The notes: generated from the sequence alone by a model not told the origin. Shown: positions 1 to 10,331, counted from the first letter of the stretch. The stretch is DNA of 64,000 nt from an uncultured bacterium (GCA_964448115.1 CAYUVA010000019.1:1-64000), one strand, 5' to 3'. Made by a program: numbers and translations.

Positions 1-269
1 ACCTCGCGTTTTTGTCGCGGCTCGGCAGGATAGCCTCTATTATAGGTAGCAAGGATTTTTTCATAAGCTTGGATGGCTTTCTGATGATACCCCAAGCGTA
101 AACATATTCCGCCCAGCATCTTGACGTACTGGGGATATCCGTCACTGTCGAGCAGATCCTTGATTATGGCAAAGCTGTTCAAACACGCGTGCCAAAAAAC
201 CTCGGTAAGCCAGACGACAAGACGTGGCTTGTGGATTAAGGCTAAGATTCCATGGCCGTGACATATCAT
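1..269 (-). CDS. Partial ORF with a TPR-like motif, runs off the left edge (not in the ORF track)
   Basis: Manual translation from ATG at 269, which overlaps the TGA of the 62-aa ORF (ATGA): MICHGHGILALIHKPRLVVW...KMLGGICLRLGYHQKAIQAYEKILATYNRG..., open to position 1. LG..C..LG...KAI..YEK.L resembles a TPR helix pair. Confidence 0.45.
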   Translation of the reverse strand, partial: MICHGHGILALIHKPRLVVWLTEVFWHACLNSFAIIKDLLDSDGYPQYVKMLGGICLRLGYHQKAIQAYEKILATYNRGYPAEPRQKRE

Positions 270-454
270 GATAAGTTATACCTTTTTGAAAGGACTTGTC
301 CTTCTATCGAAAATCTAAGGACATTGCCCTCCTCGATAAAAATGACAGCCTTGCCTGCATAACGGCGATAGAGTTGATAGCGGCGGCCTTTGTATGTAAC
401 GTAGCCGTCATCCGCTACTACTTCGCTATTCTGTTCGTCGTGAGCAGTCTTCAT
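266..454 (-). CDS. Small hypothetical protein or gene remnant directly downstream of tmRNA
   Basis: 62-aa ORF; ATG lies 4 nt after the tmRNA CCA; stop overlaps the next ATG. Confidence 0.3.
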   Translation of the reverse strand: MKTAHDEQNSEVVADDGYVTYKGRRYQLYRRYAGKAVIFIEEGNVLRFSIEGQVLSKRYNLS

Positions 455-458
455 CGCA

Positions 459-816
459 TGGTGGAGGCGGCGGGAATCGAACCCGCGTCCGACAGCCTTC
501 CACTCCCGGCATCTACATGCTTAGACTACGGTAGTTTTTCTCACCAGTTGAGCCGCCCCGCAGTCCGGCAGCTAACCAGCCAGCCTAGGTTAGTTCTCGC
601 TCCAAGTGGTCCCCAGGTGAAACCAATGGAGCCAGCCCGACTCTCTGAGGCTCCACATCCTAGCTTCGGGCAAGCCAAGAGGGAACCGCTGCCTTTATAT
701 TAGGCAGCCAAAGCGTAATTATCGACGCTTGTCTGTTTGCCGCTTTTTACGAGGTCCGCGGCGCCTCGGCATGCAGCCAGGGCTTCATCTGCTCCCGTCG
801 AAGCCATTTCGCCCCC
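459..816 (-). ncRNA. ssrA: tmRNA, predicted tag peptide (A)VDNYALAA
   Basis: Minus strand begins GGGGGCGAAATGGCTTCGAC and ends GGGTTCGATTCCCGCCGCCTCCACCA; tag ORF GTC GAT AAT TAC GCT TTG GCT GCC TAA at 726..700; length 358 nt. Confidence 0.97.
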
Positions 817-824
817 GTACATAT

Positions 825-853
825 AATATAGGAGTTTTTCCTCCAACCGGCAA
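825..853 (-). promoter_or_regulatory. sigma70-type promoter for ssrA
   Basis: TTGCCG-17 nt-TATATT ending 8 nt upstream of the tmRNA 5' end. Confidence 0.7.
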
Positions 854-947
854 GTATCAGCTTACTGAAAGCATTCCTGTAAAATAAAGCGCTGAATGGA
901 CTTATCTTCCTGAAACTAGGCTATGTTTTTTGTTTTTGTTTTTTATT

Positions 948-3900
948 CTATGGCTGATACTTGAATAACTCCTCACCATATAGATCATGAATAGCGCTGA
1001 AATACAGGATGCCATCTAAGGCAGTCAAGTAAGTTGGTTCAGATGCCCCTGTTGAATGTATATCTCGCACCATATAGGTCCCGCCGTCGGTTCCATCAGA
1101 TCGCCAAAGCTCTAGATCGAATGTTCCATCATAGGCAGCAAAATAAAGGATACCATCAAGATCAAACATCCAATTGGGGTTACTGTTTGGAGCACCGTTA
1201 TTGATATCCTTGACCAGCTTAGTACCTGAAGCAGTACCACTCGTTCTCCATAGCTCGGTACCTTCAGATGTAGTAGTCGCTCTGAAATACAGGTAATTCC
1301 CGGAGACAGCTAAGCTGGTAGGGGATCCATTGTTGACACCTAGTTCGATATCCTTAAGTAGTTCTGTGCCGGCTTCCGTGCCATCGCTGATCCATAGTTC
1401 TCGACCTTCTGTTGCAGTATATGCTGAGAAGATGAGCTTATTTTTATACACAACCAGATATTGTGGAGATGAATTCGATGATCCCGTGTTAATATCTTTT
1501 ACCCTATTTGTTCCTCCTTGAGTGCCATCTGATCTCCATAACTCTCGTCCATAGACCGTGTCGTATGCACTGAAAAATAACTTCCCCTTGTAGCTGGTAA
1601 GGAATGAGGGATTTGAATTCCCAGCAACATTAATGTCCTTGACCAGCTCAGTCCCCGCTGTCGTGCCATCTGTTTTCCATATTTCAGAACCGTTTGTGCC
1701 ATCATTCGCTCTAAAGAACAGCAGGTCGCCTGCTACAGTGAGATATAGTGGGTAACTCGAACCTGTAGGATCTATATCCTTGACCATGTAGGTGCCTGCC
1801 TCGCTACCATCCGATCGCCAAAGCTCAACGCCATTAGTCCCATCAGTTGCACTGAAATGAAGGATGCCGTTTAGGTTGGTCAGTCCATCTGGATCACTAT
1901 CACCGCTCGGATTGATGTCCTTGACCATATAGGTACCTGCTTCGCTACCATCCGATCGCCAAAGCTCAACGCCATTAGTACCATCTGTTGCCTGGAAGTA
2001 AAGGATATCATTGTGGCTGAATAGAGCATCAGGTTCTGATGAGCCACTGGGATTTATGTCCTTTACCATGGATACCGTTTCGGTTACCGGATCATACTTG
2101 TATAGCTCCCTGCCAGCTCCAGAGCCATCATCGCTACTGAAGAAGATCAGACCACCACAAGCAGTTAAATATTTTGGGTCGCTATCATCAGAACCTGGAT
2201 CGATATCCTCAATAAAGGTAAGCTGGTCAATGAACGGGCTATAAATAGTTCTCACCAAGCGGAAACCAGTATAGTTATTCCTGAATGTAATTGTGTTGTA
2301 GGCACGGTTTGCAGATCTGGCGTATCTAGCGTTCTTGGTCCAATCGCCTCCCCTAACGCTTCTTCGTGTGGTGCCGCTGGTATAAGGATCAGCAAAGTAA
2401 TCCCCGACATCATCCAATGGATAGGCAATTTTGGCATCCCAACATAATTCCATAACATTTCCATGTGCATCCCTAAGGTTCCAGGGATTTGCGTTCTTGC
2501 TCCCTGCTGGCTCTGTGTGCCCGGGATCGTTAGCTGAGAAAACACATACAGACTTGAGTGCCGTGAGATCCGGTGAAGGAGAATCTGTATCACATGTGGT
2601 TGCATCGTAGTTTGGCTCATCGATAGAGAATGCTCCAATTGTTCCAGCTCTTGTGAAGTACTCCACTTCGCCCTCTGTTGGTAAGCGAAATCCATCGACA
2701 TTCATATTGCAGAACCAAGGTGCTGTGCTGTAGTTGCTGGCATCCAAGGGTGTCTCGAAGTAGATATCCTTGTAGTAGCAAGGTGTGTATCCCTGTTCAA
2801 TGGATAGCAGATTAGCGAACAACAAAACCTCAGGCCAGAGAACTCGCTGCACTGGATAGCTCATAGCCGGGCTTGCGGATGTATCAGAGGGATCGGCGAT
2901 CAAGCTTGGTTGAACAGCTAATAAGTCGCTCCACATCTGCCGTGTTACCTCTGTGGTCATTACCGAAATATCCCTGGATAAGGTGTGATAAAACCAATCC
3001 TCGTCACCGTCCCTGCATGCCTCGGTTGAGGGTGAACCCTGCCTGAAGCCAACAGAATTGGTTCGATGAACAAGGCGCATGGTTCCTACGATATTATCGG
3101 TCTCCCAAATAGTTCCCGGAAGCGGGGTTGGAGTGTACTGTGGATATAGAGGCCAGCCGAAAACCCATGCGGCACCGGAGTCGGTGTAAGGAACCGTGTC
3201 ATCATAAGCTGCTCCTCCAACGATATAGTCTCCATACATGTCCAATCCATTCATTTCTCCAAGCAAATCCATGGCACCTCTATCATTTGCAACGAATTTG
3301 CCTACCTGGTTCCAACCCTTGGAGTTCCTTTCGTACAGGTAAACAGCTCCTCCATCTCCATCACTATCATCATCCCCAATTGCTCCTACCGCCAAGTAGT
3401 TACCATGCAATGCCATGGAAGTACCCAAATAATCACTGGCATCGACTTCTCCTGCTGAAAGTGTAATCTTTTGGGAGAAAGTGAAATTGAAGTCTTTTGC
3501 ATCTGGTGAGCGCTCATATATGTAAACTGCTCCACTATCATAAACCGGGTCATTATCCTGAGGTGCGGAGATCGCAGCGATGTTATTATCAATGGCTACA
3601 GCATAGCCAAAAAGATCATTAGCTTCTGGATCTGGATTCTCAATCGCTTGGATCTGCACCCAATTGAGATCAGCTTCCTCGTATTTAAAGATATAAGCCC
3701 ATCCCATACAAGAGATGTCTGGACCAGAACTCTGTTCGGATTTCATAACCGCACCGATGATCATCAGCTCCCCACTAATAGCTACAGAGTAACCAAAATA
3801 ATCATCTGTGTCTGTATTATCACCAAAAAGAATCTGGTATTCGGTCGCATCAACCCCCTGTATTTTATAAACGAATGCAGCTCCCGAATCAGGAGGATCC

Positions 3901-4976
3901 AACCTGTCGCTATAGTACGCACCAACAACAGCCCAGTCCCCGCTAATTGCAACTGAAGTACCAGAAGATTCAGAATGGTCCGACCACTCAGGACGCAACT
4001 TGGCTACCTGAGTCCATCCCTTACCCGCATTCTCGAAGATATAACCGGCGCCCTCACCGATAAAAGTTTCATTGTCGCCAGGCGCTCCAACCAGCAGCCT
4101 ATTTCCATCCATAGCAACGCTATAGCCGAAATAGTGATAGTCTATTGTATCGTCAGGAAACAAAATATTCATCTCCTCCCAGGAGTTAAGCGACCTTTGG
4201 AACAGATAAACAGCCCCAGATTGAACAATAGTATCATCAAGGCTATTGCAAAAGGGCGCTCCAGATGCGATCCAGTTCCCATTTATGGCTGCTGCATAAC
4301 CAAAATGATTATTATCAGACAGGTTGCTGGGGATCAGCTTGCAGCCCTGAGCGCAAATCGGCGTAGGAGTAAAGGTCAGGGTAGAAATCGCTGTAGGTGT
4401 ATAGGTCGGCGTATCGGTCGGTGTATAGGTCGGCGTATCGGTCGGTATAGGTGTGTTAGTTGGAGTATTCGGTCCGGTAGTATTGGTAGGTGTACGGGTT
4501 GGAGTATTCGTCATTGTCGGTGTATGGCTCGGAGTCCAAGATGGCTCGCCGGTATTGGTCGGCGTTGCGGTCGCCTCCGGGGTGGCAGTCGCAGTCGGTG
4601 TAGGAGTGGCGAAAGTATCGAAGCATTTTAGTTCCGGCCAGGTTGCTGTGGTTTCGTCGCTGCACTTTGCAATCAACCCCAGGATTATTTTGGCAGGATC
4701 CAACGGTGGATCTATTGGAACCATAGGGAATGTCCAGACTGCCTCATCCACTTGGGTAAGAAAAATACCAGTAGGAGATCCCTCCACGGTTAATTCAATT
4801 GATTCTACCGTGCAATCTCCGCCGGTTACGGCGAGGATCTCAAAGGTCCCGCCACCTGTTGTTGAGATTGTTGTTCCCATGTAACCCGCAGCCATGATTA
4901 GCGGATCTGCACAGGATAAAGCAACTGGTATCAGTAGAAAGCATACCAGCAGGGTCAACGAAAAATGTTTAGCCAT
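948..4976 (-). CDS. Secreted multidomain protein: unnamed N-terminal domain, Pro/Thr linker, FG-GAP repeat propeller, FGE-sulfatase (SUMF1/CLec-fold) domain, ELWxxDGT repeats
   Basis: Signal peptide; TPTxTPT linker; repeated FGYSVA..G...VGAP..D...GAxYx[26 protein letters not shown]...GFRLVR; many [14 protein letters not shown] repeats. Confidence 0.88.
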   Translation of the reverse strand: MAKHFSLTLLVCFLLIPVALSCADPLIMAAGYMGTTISTTGGGTFEILAVTGGDCTVESIELTVEGSPTGIFLTQVDEAVWTFPMVPIDPPLDPAKIILGLIAKCSDETTATWPELKCFDTFATPTPTATATPEATATPTNTGEPSWTPSHTPTMTNTPTRTPTNTTGPNTPTNTPIPTDTPTYTPTDTPTYTPTAISTLTFTPTPICAQGCKLIPSNLSDNNHFGYAAAINGNWIASGAPFCNSLDDTIVQSGAVYLFQRSLNSWEEMNILFPDDTIDYHYFGYSVAMDGNRLLVGAPGDNETFIGEGAGYIFENAGKGWTQVAKLRPEWSDHSESSGTSVAISGDWAVVGAYYSDRLDPPDSGAAFVYKIQGVDATEYQILFGDNTDTDDYFGYSVAISGELMIIGAVMKSEQSSGPDISCMGWAYIFKYEEADLNWVQIQAIENPDPEANDLFGYAVAIDNNIAAISAPQDNDPVYDSGAVYIYERSPDAKDFNFTFSQKITLSAGEVDASDYLGTSMALHGNYLAVGAIGDDDSDGDGGAVYLYERNSKGWNQVGKFVANDRGAMDLLGEMNGLDMYGDYIVGGAAYDDTVPYTDSGAAWVFGWPLYPQYTPTPLPGTIWETDNIVGTMRLVHRTNSVGFRQGSPSTEACRDGDEDWFYHTLSRDISVMTTEVTRQMWSDLLAVQPSLIADPSDTSASPAMSYPVQRVLWPEVLLFANLLSIEQGYTPCYYKDIYFETPLDASNYSTAPWFCNMNVDGFRLPTEGEVEYFTRAGTIGAFSIDEPNYDATTCDTDSPSPDLTALKSVCVFSANDPGHTEPAGSKNANPWNLRDAHGNVMELCWDAKIAYPLDDVGDYFADPYTSGTTRRSVRGGDWTKNARYARSANRAYNTITFRNNYTGFRLVRTIYSPFIDQLTFIEDIDPGSDDSDPKYLTACGGLIFFSSDDGSGAGRELYKYDPVTETVSMVKDINPSGSSEPDALFSHNDILYFQATDGTNGVELWRSDGSEAGTYMVKDINPSGDSDPDGLTNLNGILHFSATDGTNGVELWRSDGSEAGTYMVKDIDPTGSSYPLYLTVAGDLLFFRANDGTNGSEIWKTDGTTAGTELVKDINVAGNSNPSFLTSYKGKLFFSAYDTVYGRELWRSDGTQGGTNRVKDINTGSSNSSPQYLVVYKNKLIFSAYTATEGRELWISDGTEAGTELLKDIELGVNNGSPTSLAVSGNYLYFRATTTSEGTELWRTSGTASGTKLVKDINNGAPNSNPNWMFDLDGILYFAAYDGTFDLELWRSDGTDGGTYMVRDIHSTGASEPTYLTALDGILYFSAIHDLYGEELFKYQP
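1778..1992. repeat. Near-identical internal duplication of one ELWxxDGT unit (two copies 141 bp apart)
   Basis: tccttgaccat(g/a)taggt(g/a)cctgc(c/t)tcgctaccatccgatcgccaaagctcaacgccattagt occurs twice; protein [26 protein letters not shown] occurs twice. Confidence 0.85.
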
Positions 4977-5221
4977 CTCTCTCTCTCCTTAATATTTAAT
5001 ATTGCTTAGTCCGTTTCCTTTTAGAAGGGTAACAATCCCTAGCTTCTCCAACTCAGGATTTATATTCCATAAGTTACTTGATTTAAATGATAAACTATAA
5101 ATTCAAGGAGGTAAAGGAAAAAATTAGTTTTTTTTCATAACAGAAAATGCAGATATCATTTTGATAACCCATTTATCAAGATCTCTTATACGGTGTTGGT
5201 TATCGACTTGCGTATTTTAAA

Positions 5222-5230
5222 TGTTATAAT
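5222..5230 (+). promoter_or_regulatory. Extended -10 promoter element upstream of the QueT-like gene
   Basis: TGTTATAAT about 30 nt before the ATG at 5263, followed by an AAGGAG RBS. Confidence 0.55.
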
Positions 5231-5262
5231 CTTTTCTGCATGCTCAAGGAGCGTTAAGTGCT

Positions 5263-6063
5263 ATGAAGGAACTATTTACCATGTGGAAACATACGCGGAT
5301 GGTGGTGCTGACCTCCATGTCCGCAGCGCTGTATGTAGCAGTCCTGGTACCTTTCAAGGGATTTCAACTCATCCCCGGCTTATCTGAACTCAGACCAGGG
5401 GCAGTAGCACCGATAGTCTTCGGCATACTGTTCGGTCCCGCCGGTGCCTGGGGTTCAGCTATCGGAAACCTCATCGGCGATTTCTTTGGCACATTCGGTC
5501 CCTTTTCTCTATTTGGATTCATCGGAAACCTATTCTACGGTTTCACCGCCTATAAGGCTTATGAGAGCCTAGGATTTCTGGTCAATGGAGCACACAAGGA
5601 TTTCCATCCCAAAAGCCTTGGTCTTACGGTTCCTGTTTCTATCCTGTGCGCAGCGGTATGCGCATCGTTTATAGGTGTTGCGCTCGATGCATTCGGGATA
5701 TTACCTTATGCGTTCCTGGGAGCGACCATATTTTTGAACAATGCCATTGTTGGTGTAATTCTATCGCCAATAGTACTGGGACTGATTGCTCCTAGGATAA
5801 AATCGTGGGGATTGATCTGGACCGATATAATGCCTGTAGAGGATCGCTCAAAGGGGATTGCATCAGGTATAGGTTACATTCTGCTTTGGATTGGAGGCTT
5901 GGGCGCATTTATTTCTGGACTCGCGGTATCACTTATCGGCTATGGTGCGAAATTCCTTCAGGGTGCACCACCACAGAGCGGACTAACTGGTATTGGAGTA
6001 TTGGCTGCTATGTCTCCATTTTTTGCTGCCTACCTGATCGGCGCGGCGATAAGCAAAAGCTAG
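5263..6063 (+). CDS. QueT-family / ECF transporter S component
   Basis: Polytopic membrane protein; MWKHTRMVVLT..SAALY, ELRP...P...G.LFGPAGAWG.A.GNLIGD. Confidence 0.75.
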   Translation: MKELFTMWKHTRMVVLTSMSAALYVAVLVPFKGFQLIPGLSELRPGAVAPIVFGILFGPAGAWGSAIGNLIGDFFGTFGPFSLFGFIGNLFYGFTAYKAYESLGFLVNGAHKDFHPKSLGLTVPVSILCAAVCASFIGVALDAFGILPYAFLGATIFLNNAIVGVILSPIVLGLIAPRIKSWGLIWTDIMPVEDRSKGIASGIGYILLWIGGLGAFISGLAVSLIGYGAKFLQGAPPQSGLTGIGVLAAMSPFFAAYLIGAAISKS

Positions 6064-6080
6064 GCGCCTAAGTCTGAATA

Positions 6081-7391
6081 TCAAAAGATATCCATGGGCA
6101 GGTTTATGCCCATGTGGCGCACTTCCTCGAAGAACTTGGGTACGATGCCAGTAGATTGGAATACACCGGTTACCTTGTTGTCCTTCATGCCAGTTTGCTT
6201 GAACAAGAAGATATCCGCCCTGGTTATGTTATCACCTTCCATGCCGGTTATCTCAACCACATGGGAGACCTTTCTGCTCCCATCAGGATAACGATGGACA
6301 TGAAAGATAAGGTTTATAGCCGAGGAGATCTGTCGCCTGATCGAAAGCAGCGAGAGCGCGGTTCCCGCCATAGAAACCATTGTCTCCAGCCTGCTAAGCG
6401 CATCCTTGGGGGAGTTTGCGTGCAAGGTGGTCATGGAGCCGTCATTACCGCTGTTCATCGCCTGGAGCATATCCAATGCCTCCTTGCCACGACACTCGCC
6501 AACGATGATCCTATCCGGCCTCATGCGCAGGGAGTTCCTGAAAAGGTCTCCAATGGTGATCTCTCCCTTGCCGAAGATATCGGGTGGCCTGGCTTCGAGC
6601 CTGCCTATATGGGTTTGAGAGAGCTTAAGCTCGGCAGCGTCCTCGATGGTAATTATCCTCTCAGTCTCGGGGACAAATGATGATAAGACATTAAGCAAGG
6701 TGGTTTTGCCTGCTCCCGATCCGCCAGAGACGATGATGTTTCTGCGGGTCAGTACAGCTACCTGCATGAACTTAGCCATCTCCGGAGAGATTGAGCCTAG
6801 GTCGATGAGATCTTGGACATTTATGATCTCGGTAACGAACTTGCGGATGGTGAGCATCGGTCCCTGCACGGCAAGCGGAGGAATTATAGCATTGACCCTG
6901 GAGCCATCCGGCAGCCTTGCATCCACCATTGGGGTTTGCTCGTTGATCACTCTGCCTAATGGATAAACGATGCGTTGTATGATCTTGATTAGATGAGCAG
7001 TGGATATGAACTTGCGATCGGTCTCGTATATCTTACCTTCCTTCTCCACATATATTTGGTCTTTCTTGTTGACCATGATCTCGGTAATAGTCGGATCGTA
7101 CAGGAAGCTGGCTATGGGACCTAGGGTTATCACGCCATCAAGCAGCTCTGCGATCAGCTTTTGTTTATCCTTAGTGGAGATCCCCATATCCTTGAGGATG
7201 TTCTGTATATACTTGGCAACCCTTATTCTTTGTGCACGGCTGCGTTCGCTATCATCGGTCTCCAAAACTAGTTCCTTGGGATTGATCTCTCGGTAAAGTC
7301 GGTCGAAGACCCGTTTTTTAAGCTCCTTTACCTCGCGATCCTGATATATGGTCTTGATAGCGGTTCCTTGAATGCTCTCTGCATCACCCAT
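6081..7391 (-). CDS. cpaF: CpaF/TadA-family pilus assembly ATPase
   Basis: EIMVN, PMVDARLPDGSRVNA, Walker A GGSGAGKTT, TIEDAAEL, LRMRPDRIIVGECRG, HANSP. Confidence 0.93.
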   Translation of the reverse strand: MGDAESIQGTAIKTIYQDREVKELKKRVFDRLYREINPKELVLETDDSERSRAQRIRVAKYIQNILKDMGISTKDKQKLIAELLDGVITLGPIASFLYDPTITEIMVNKKDQIYVEKEGKIYETDRKFISTAHLIKIIQRIVYPLGRVINEQTPMVDARLPDGSRVNAIIPPLAVQGPMLTIRKFVTEIINVQDLIDLGSISPEMAKFMQVAVLTRRNIIVSGGSGAGKTTLLNVLSSFVPETERIITIEDAAELKLSQTHIGRLEARPPDIFGKGEITIGDLFRNSLRMRPDRIIVGECRGKEALDMLQAMNSGNDGSMTTLHANSPKDALSRLETMVSMAGTALSLLSIRRQISSAINLIFHVHRYPDGSRKVSHVVEITGMEGDNITRADIFLFKQTGMKDNKVTGVFQSTGIVPKFFEEVRHMGINLPMDIF

Positions 7392-7506
7392 GTCGCAATC
7401 TCCCTGGAGAGGTTGGTTATTTACTCCAATTTTATTGGCATTATAGCATTATATTAAAACGGCAAGGGTAGTCAAGCCTTAATAATAAATTCAGCCTCAA
7501 GGTGCC

Positions 7507-8397
7507 TTATATACTCCTTACGAATATCTCGCCGTCGTTGGATTTTGCTGCCAGCACGCGGTTCTTGTTGTCTATATCGAGGTATGAAATTGGCACGAAT
7601 GCTAGCTCCTCGCCGAATAATTGCCAGGAGAGACCCTCGTTCTCGCTGACCATAACGCCCATCTCGGTTCCGATGAACATCCGATTTGTCTTTTTATCAA
7701 ACACGATAGAGCCTACATTCTCAAATGGGATCGACCAGAAGCGCATCCAGCTTTTGCCATTATCCAGTGATCGATATAACCCTCTTTTCATGGTTCCGAA
7801 GACCACGGTGGAAGGCTCAATGACCCAGATCGCCCTCACTTCAGTTATGGGATAGACCGGGTAAAAGCTGCGCAGGCTGTTATCGCTGGCAAACAAGCCA
7901 TCCTCGGTGCCGATGTAGATCCTCTTGGAGTTGGAGTAATAGCTATAGAGCCTTATGTTGTTTCTCCCGTAGGCTATGTAGTCCATGAAACGCAAGCCCT
8001 CTTTGGTCAACTGATAGTTGTGGGAGAACCCTTTGCGCAAAACATCGAAGAAAATGGCTTGCTTGTAGCCATGTGAGATTATCGTATCCGCAGCCAGCCG
8101 TACAATATGCTCCACTATCTGGAGATCGCGCTCCCTGAAGATTGTATTGCCAGAGAGGGTGAACAGGATATTGGATTCATCCATTGGACATATAGAGCGA
8201 AAGGAAAAACCGCGCATGAAGTCCATCTCCAGTTGAAGCCTAGTCCACTGATCCTCTACTACATCTAGCTTTTGAGGAGTTATGATCATCTTTTCCCAGG
8301 ACTCATCAAAAGAGGAGACAAGGGAGAACATGCCATCGATGAGGTTCTCATCATTGATCGATACCGAGTCCAGATTTACCTTTATCTCTCTGATCAT
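7507..8397 (-). CDS. Hypothetical protein with C-terminal BNR/Asp-box propeller repeats
   Basis: GLYRSLDNGKSW, VSENEGLSW, IYIGTEDGLF. Confidence 0.65.
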   Translation of the reverse strand: MIREIKVNLDSVSINDENLIDGMFSLVSSFDESWEKMIITPQKLDVVEDQWTRLQLEMDFMRGFSFRSICPMDESNILFTLSGNTIFRERDLQIVEHIVRLAADTIISHGYKQAIFFDVLRKGFSHNYQLTKEGLRFMDYIAYGRNNIRLYSYYSNSKRIYIGTEDGLFASDNSLRSFYPVYPITEVRAIWVIEPSTVVFGTMKRGLYRSLDNGKSWMRFWSIPFENVGSIVFDKKTNRMFIGTEMGVMVSENEGLSWQLFGEELAFVPISYLDIDNKNRVLAAKSNDGEIFVRSI

Positions 8398-8496
8398 ATT
8401 GCTTTCATCTTAATTGTTTTAGTCTTCATCCGTCCTCTATGTTGGATCTAATCATGGTCATCTTAGAAAGCATATCATGGATTGTCAACCTTTTAA

Positions 8497-8524
8497 GAGA
8501 CTTTAGACTTTGGACTTTAGTCTT
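8497..8524. repeat. Short 7-mer tandem repeat (agacttt)n
   Basis: agactttagactttggactttagtcttt in an intergenic spacer. Confidence 0.6.
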
Positions 8525-8583
8525 TATTGATTCGACTATCTCGATTTGTGATCACTCAAAGACGACCTTGAATATCTAATTAC

Positions 8584-8612
8584 TTGACAGAAACCAAGAG
8601 TGCTTTTATATT
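8584..8612 (+). promoter_or_regulatory. sigma70 promoter for tRNA-tilS
   Basis: TTGACA-17 nt-TATATT. Confidence 0.8.
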
Positions 8613-8654
8613 ACCACTGCTCTATTTGAGAGAATATCTAGGAAGTCTTTTCTA

Positions 8655-8726
8655 GGCGGTGTAGCTCAGGGGTAGAGCAAGCGGCTCATATCCGCTGCGT
8701 CAGGGGTTCAAATCCCTTCACCGCCA
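8655..8726 (+). tRNA. tRNA with CAT anticodon, most likely elongator tRNA-Met; CCA not encoded
   Basis: Acceptor GGCGGTG/CACCGCC plus discriminator A; D-arm TAGCTCAG..GGTAGAGC; anticodon stem AGCGG/CCGCT with loop CTCATAT; T-arm GGTTCAAATCC. Confidence 0.93.
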
Positions 8727-8774
8727 TTATCAGACATAAGGGGTGCGCAGGGAGTTCAACATGTAACCACCAGG

Positions 8775-8828
8775 CTAGACAACGACCTAACAATTCAACT
8801 AGTAACTAGACAAAAAGGAACTAGACAA
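8775..8828. repeat. Degenerate ctagacaa short repeats
   Basis: ctagacaa three times plus variants between the tRNA and tilS; reverse complement of the array at 53495-53556. Confidence 0.55.
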
Positions 8829-10226
8829 ATGCTGAGCAAGATCAGGTTGACCATTGAGCGGTATCAGATGATTAAGGAAGGAGATACCGTCATGATCGCC
8901 CTGTCAGGAGGACCTGACTCGGTCTGTCTTTTATTTTTGCTTAGTGAGCTGCGCAAGCTGATGGATGTTTCCGTGTGTGCTGGACATATAAATCATGGAC
9001 TTCGTGGAGAGGAATCGCTGCGCGACCAGCGATTCTGCGAGCAGATCTGCCAGCAATACTCGGTCCCTTTAAGGACGCACTCTATAAGCGATGATGAGTA
9101 TAAGGCTTATCCTTTTACCTCCTTGCAAGGAGCCGCACGGGAGCTAAGATACAAGTACCTGCGCAGGTTGGCTGATAAGCTCAATGCAAATAAAATAGCT
9201 ACTGGACATACAGCCTCGGATCAGGTGGAGACTGTGCTCTTTCGCATCCTGAGAGGCACCGGCATGGGAGGACTGGGGGGCATACGCCCAGTGCTCAATG
9301 ATATCATTAGACCGCTGATAGACCGCAGCCGCGAGGAGGTTTTAGAATATCTAAAAACGATGGGTGTGCCTTATATAATTGACTCCTCCAACCTGAAACC
9401 CAAGTACTTGCGCAATCAAATAAGGCTAGAGCTGATCCCAGTGCTTAAAAGAAGCTTCAATCCATCCATCTCGAACGCAATTATCAACCTGGCTGACCTG
9501 ATACGTGAGGAGAATGAGTACCTAGAATCCTTGGTCGATAAGGAATATGAATTCGGTATCAACGAGAAGACCGATTTTTCGATCGGTTTTAACCTGTTTT
9601 TATTAAAGACGCTTCACAAAGCATTGGCACGCAGGATCATCATCAGGCTATACAACGACCTAGTGAACTATGAGCCGGGTCTGCATCTTTCCAATGAACA
9701 GGTTGAGTGGATACTACAACTCGCCAGGGAAGGAGAGCCGGGAAACCAGATCGACCTGCCAGGCAACATAAGGGTTCACCTGCAATATGACCGCATCCTT
9801 TTTACTCACGAGGAGTATCCTCATGGAAGGGAGTTCGAGGTTCATCTTTCCATACCCGGCGAGGTCGATATCCCCCAGGCAGCGATGAATGTTAAGGCTA
9901 GCCTGATAGAACCTCAGCAATTTAAACAGATGCTTCCCAACGCAACCAGAAATGAAGCATTTTTCGATGTAAGAGATATAAAAAACACGCTGACCATTCG
10001 CTCTCGAAAGCCCGGAGATCGCATCGCACTTCCTGGCATGGAGGGAACAAAGAAGCTACAGGACATATTCGTAGATGACAAGATTCCAAGGCTCGAGCGA
10101 GATAGCATACCAATAGTATTATCCGGAAATGAGATAATCTGGATAATAGGCAATCGACAATCCAGAAATGCCTTAGTCAAAGCAGATACGCACAAGATAG
10201 TTCATATAAAAGGCACTTATATTTAA
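8829..10226 (+). CDS. tilS: tRNA(Ile)-lysidine synthetase
   Basis: PP-loop SGGPDS, HINHGLRG, ARELRY, TGHTASDQVET, IIRPL, RNQIR, TilS_C GTKKLQDIFVDDKIP. Confidence 0.97.
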   Translation: MLSKIRLTIERYQMIKEGDTVMIALSGGPDSVCLLFLLSELRKLMDVSVCAGHINHGLRGEESLRDQRFCEQICQQYSVPLRTHSISDDEYKAYPFTSLQGAARELRYKYLRRLADKLNANKIATGHTASDQVETVLFRILRGTGMGGLGGIRPVLNDIIRPLIDRSREEVLEYLKTMGVPYIIDSSNLKPKYLRNQIRLELIPVLKRSFNPSISNAIINLADLIREENEYLESLVDKEYEFGINEKTDFSIGFNLFLLKTLHKALARRIIIRLYNDLVNYEPGLHLSNEQVEWILQLAREGEPGNQIDLPGNIRVHLQYDRILFTHEEYPHGREFEVHLSIPGEVDIPQAAMNVKASLIEPQQFKQMLPNATRNEAFFDVRDIKNTLTIRSRKPGDRIALPGMEGTKKLQDIFVDDKIPRLERDSIPIVLSGNEIIWIIGNRQSRNALVKADTHKIVHIKGTYI

Positions 10227-10276
10227 ATATTTAATTTATTGTAGAATTAATACCTTCAAAATATAAACCAATTTTT

Positions 10277-10331
10277 CGTCCCGTATTTATTATGGGACGG
10301 GTATGACAATTGAGGAGGCGGGTATGACAAT
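10277..10331. repeat. REP-like palindrome with duplicated cgggtatgacaat
   Basis: Hairpin cgtcccgta-tttat-tatgggacg overlapping the first of two copies of cgggtatgacaat. Confidence 0.55.

Noticed and set aside
296-703. 135-aa plus-strand ORF
   Set aside because: Largely antisense to tmRNA; the MVEAAGIEPAS pattern is the usual translation of a tRNA-like 3' end
2250-2380. FGE/CLec C-terminal segment as a diversity-generating retroelement variable region
   Set aside because: No template repeat differing at adenines and no reverse transcriptase in the window, and the domain is internal. A remote DGR cannot be excluded without a genome search
5100-5262. preQ1 riboswitch upstream of the QueT-like gene
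   Set aside because: The leader after the -10 element is only about 30 nt and shows no preQ1 stem or A-rich tail that I can recognise
8655-8726. tRNA-Ile2 assignment because it precedes tilS
   Set aside because: The GGCGGTG acceptor and overall sequence look more like elongator tRNA-Met; it lacks initiator features. An isotype-specific covariance model is needed to settle it
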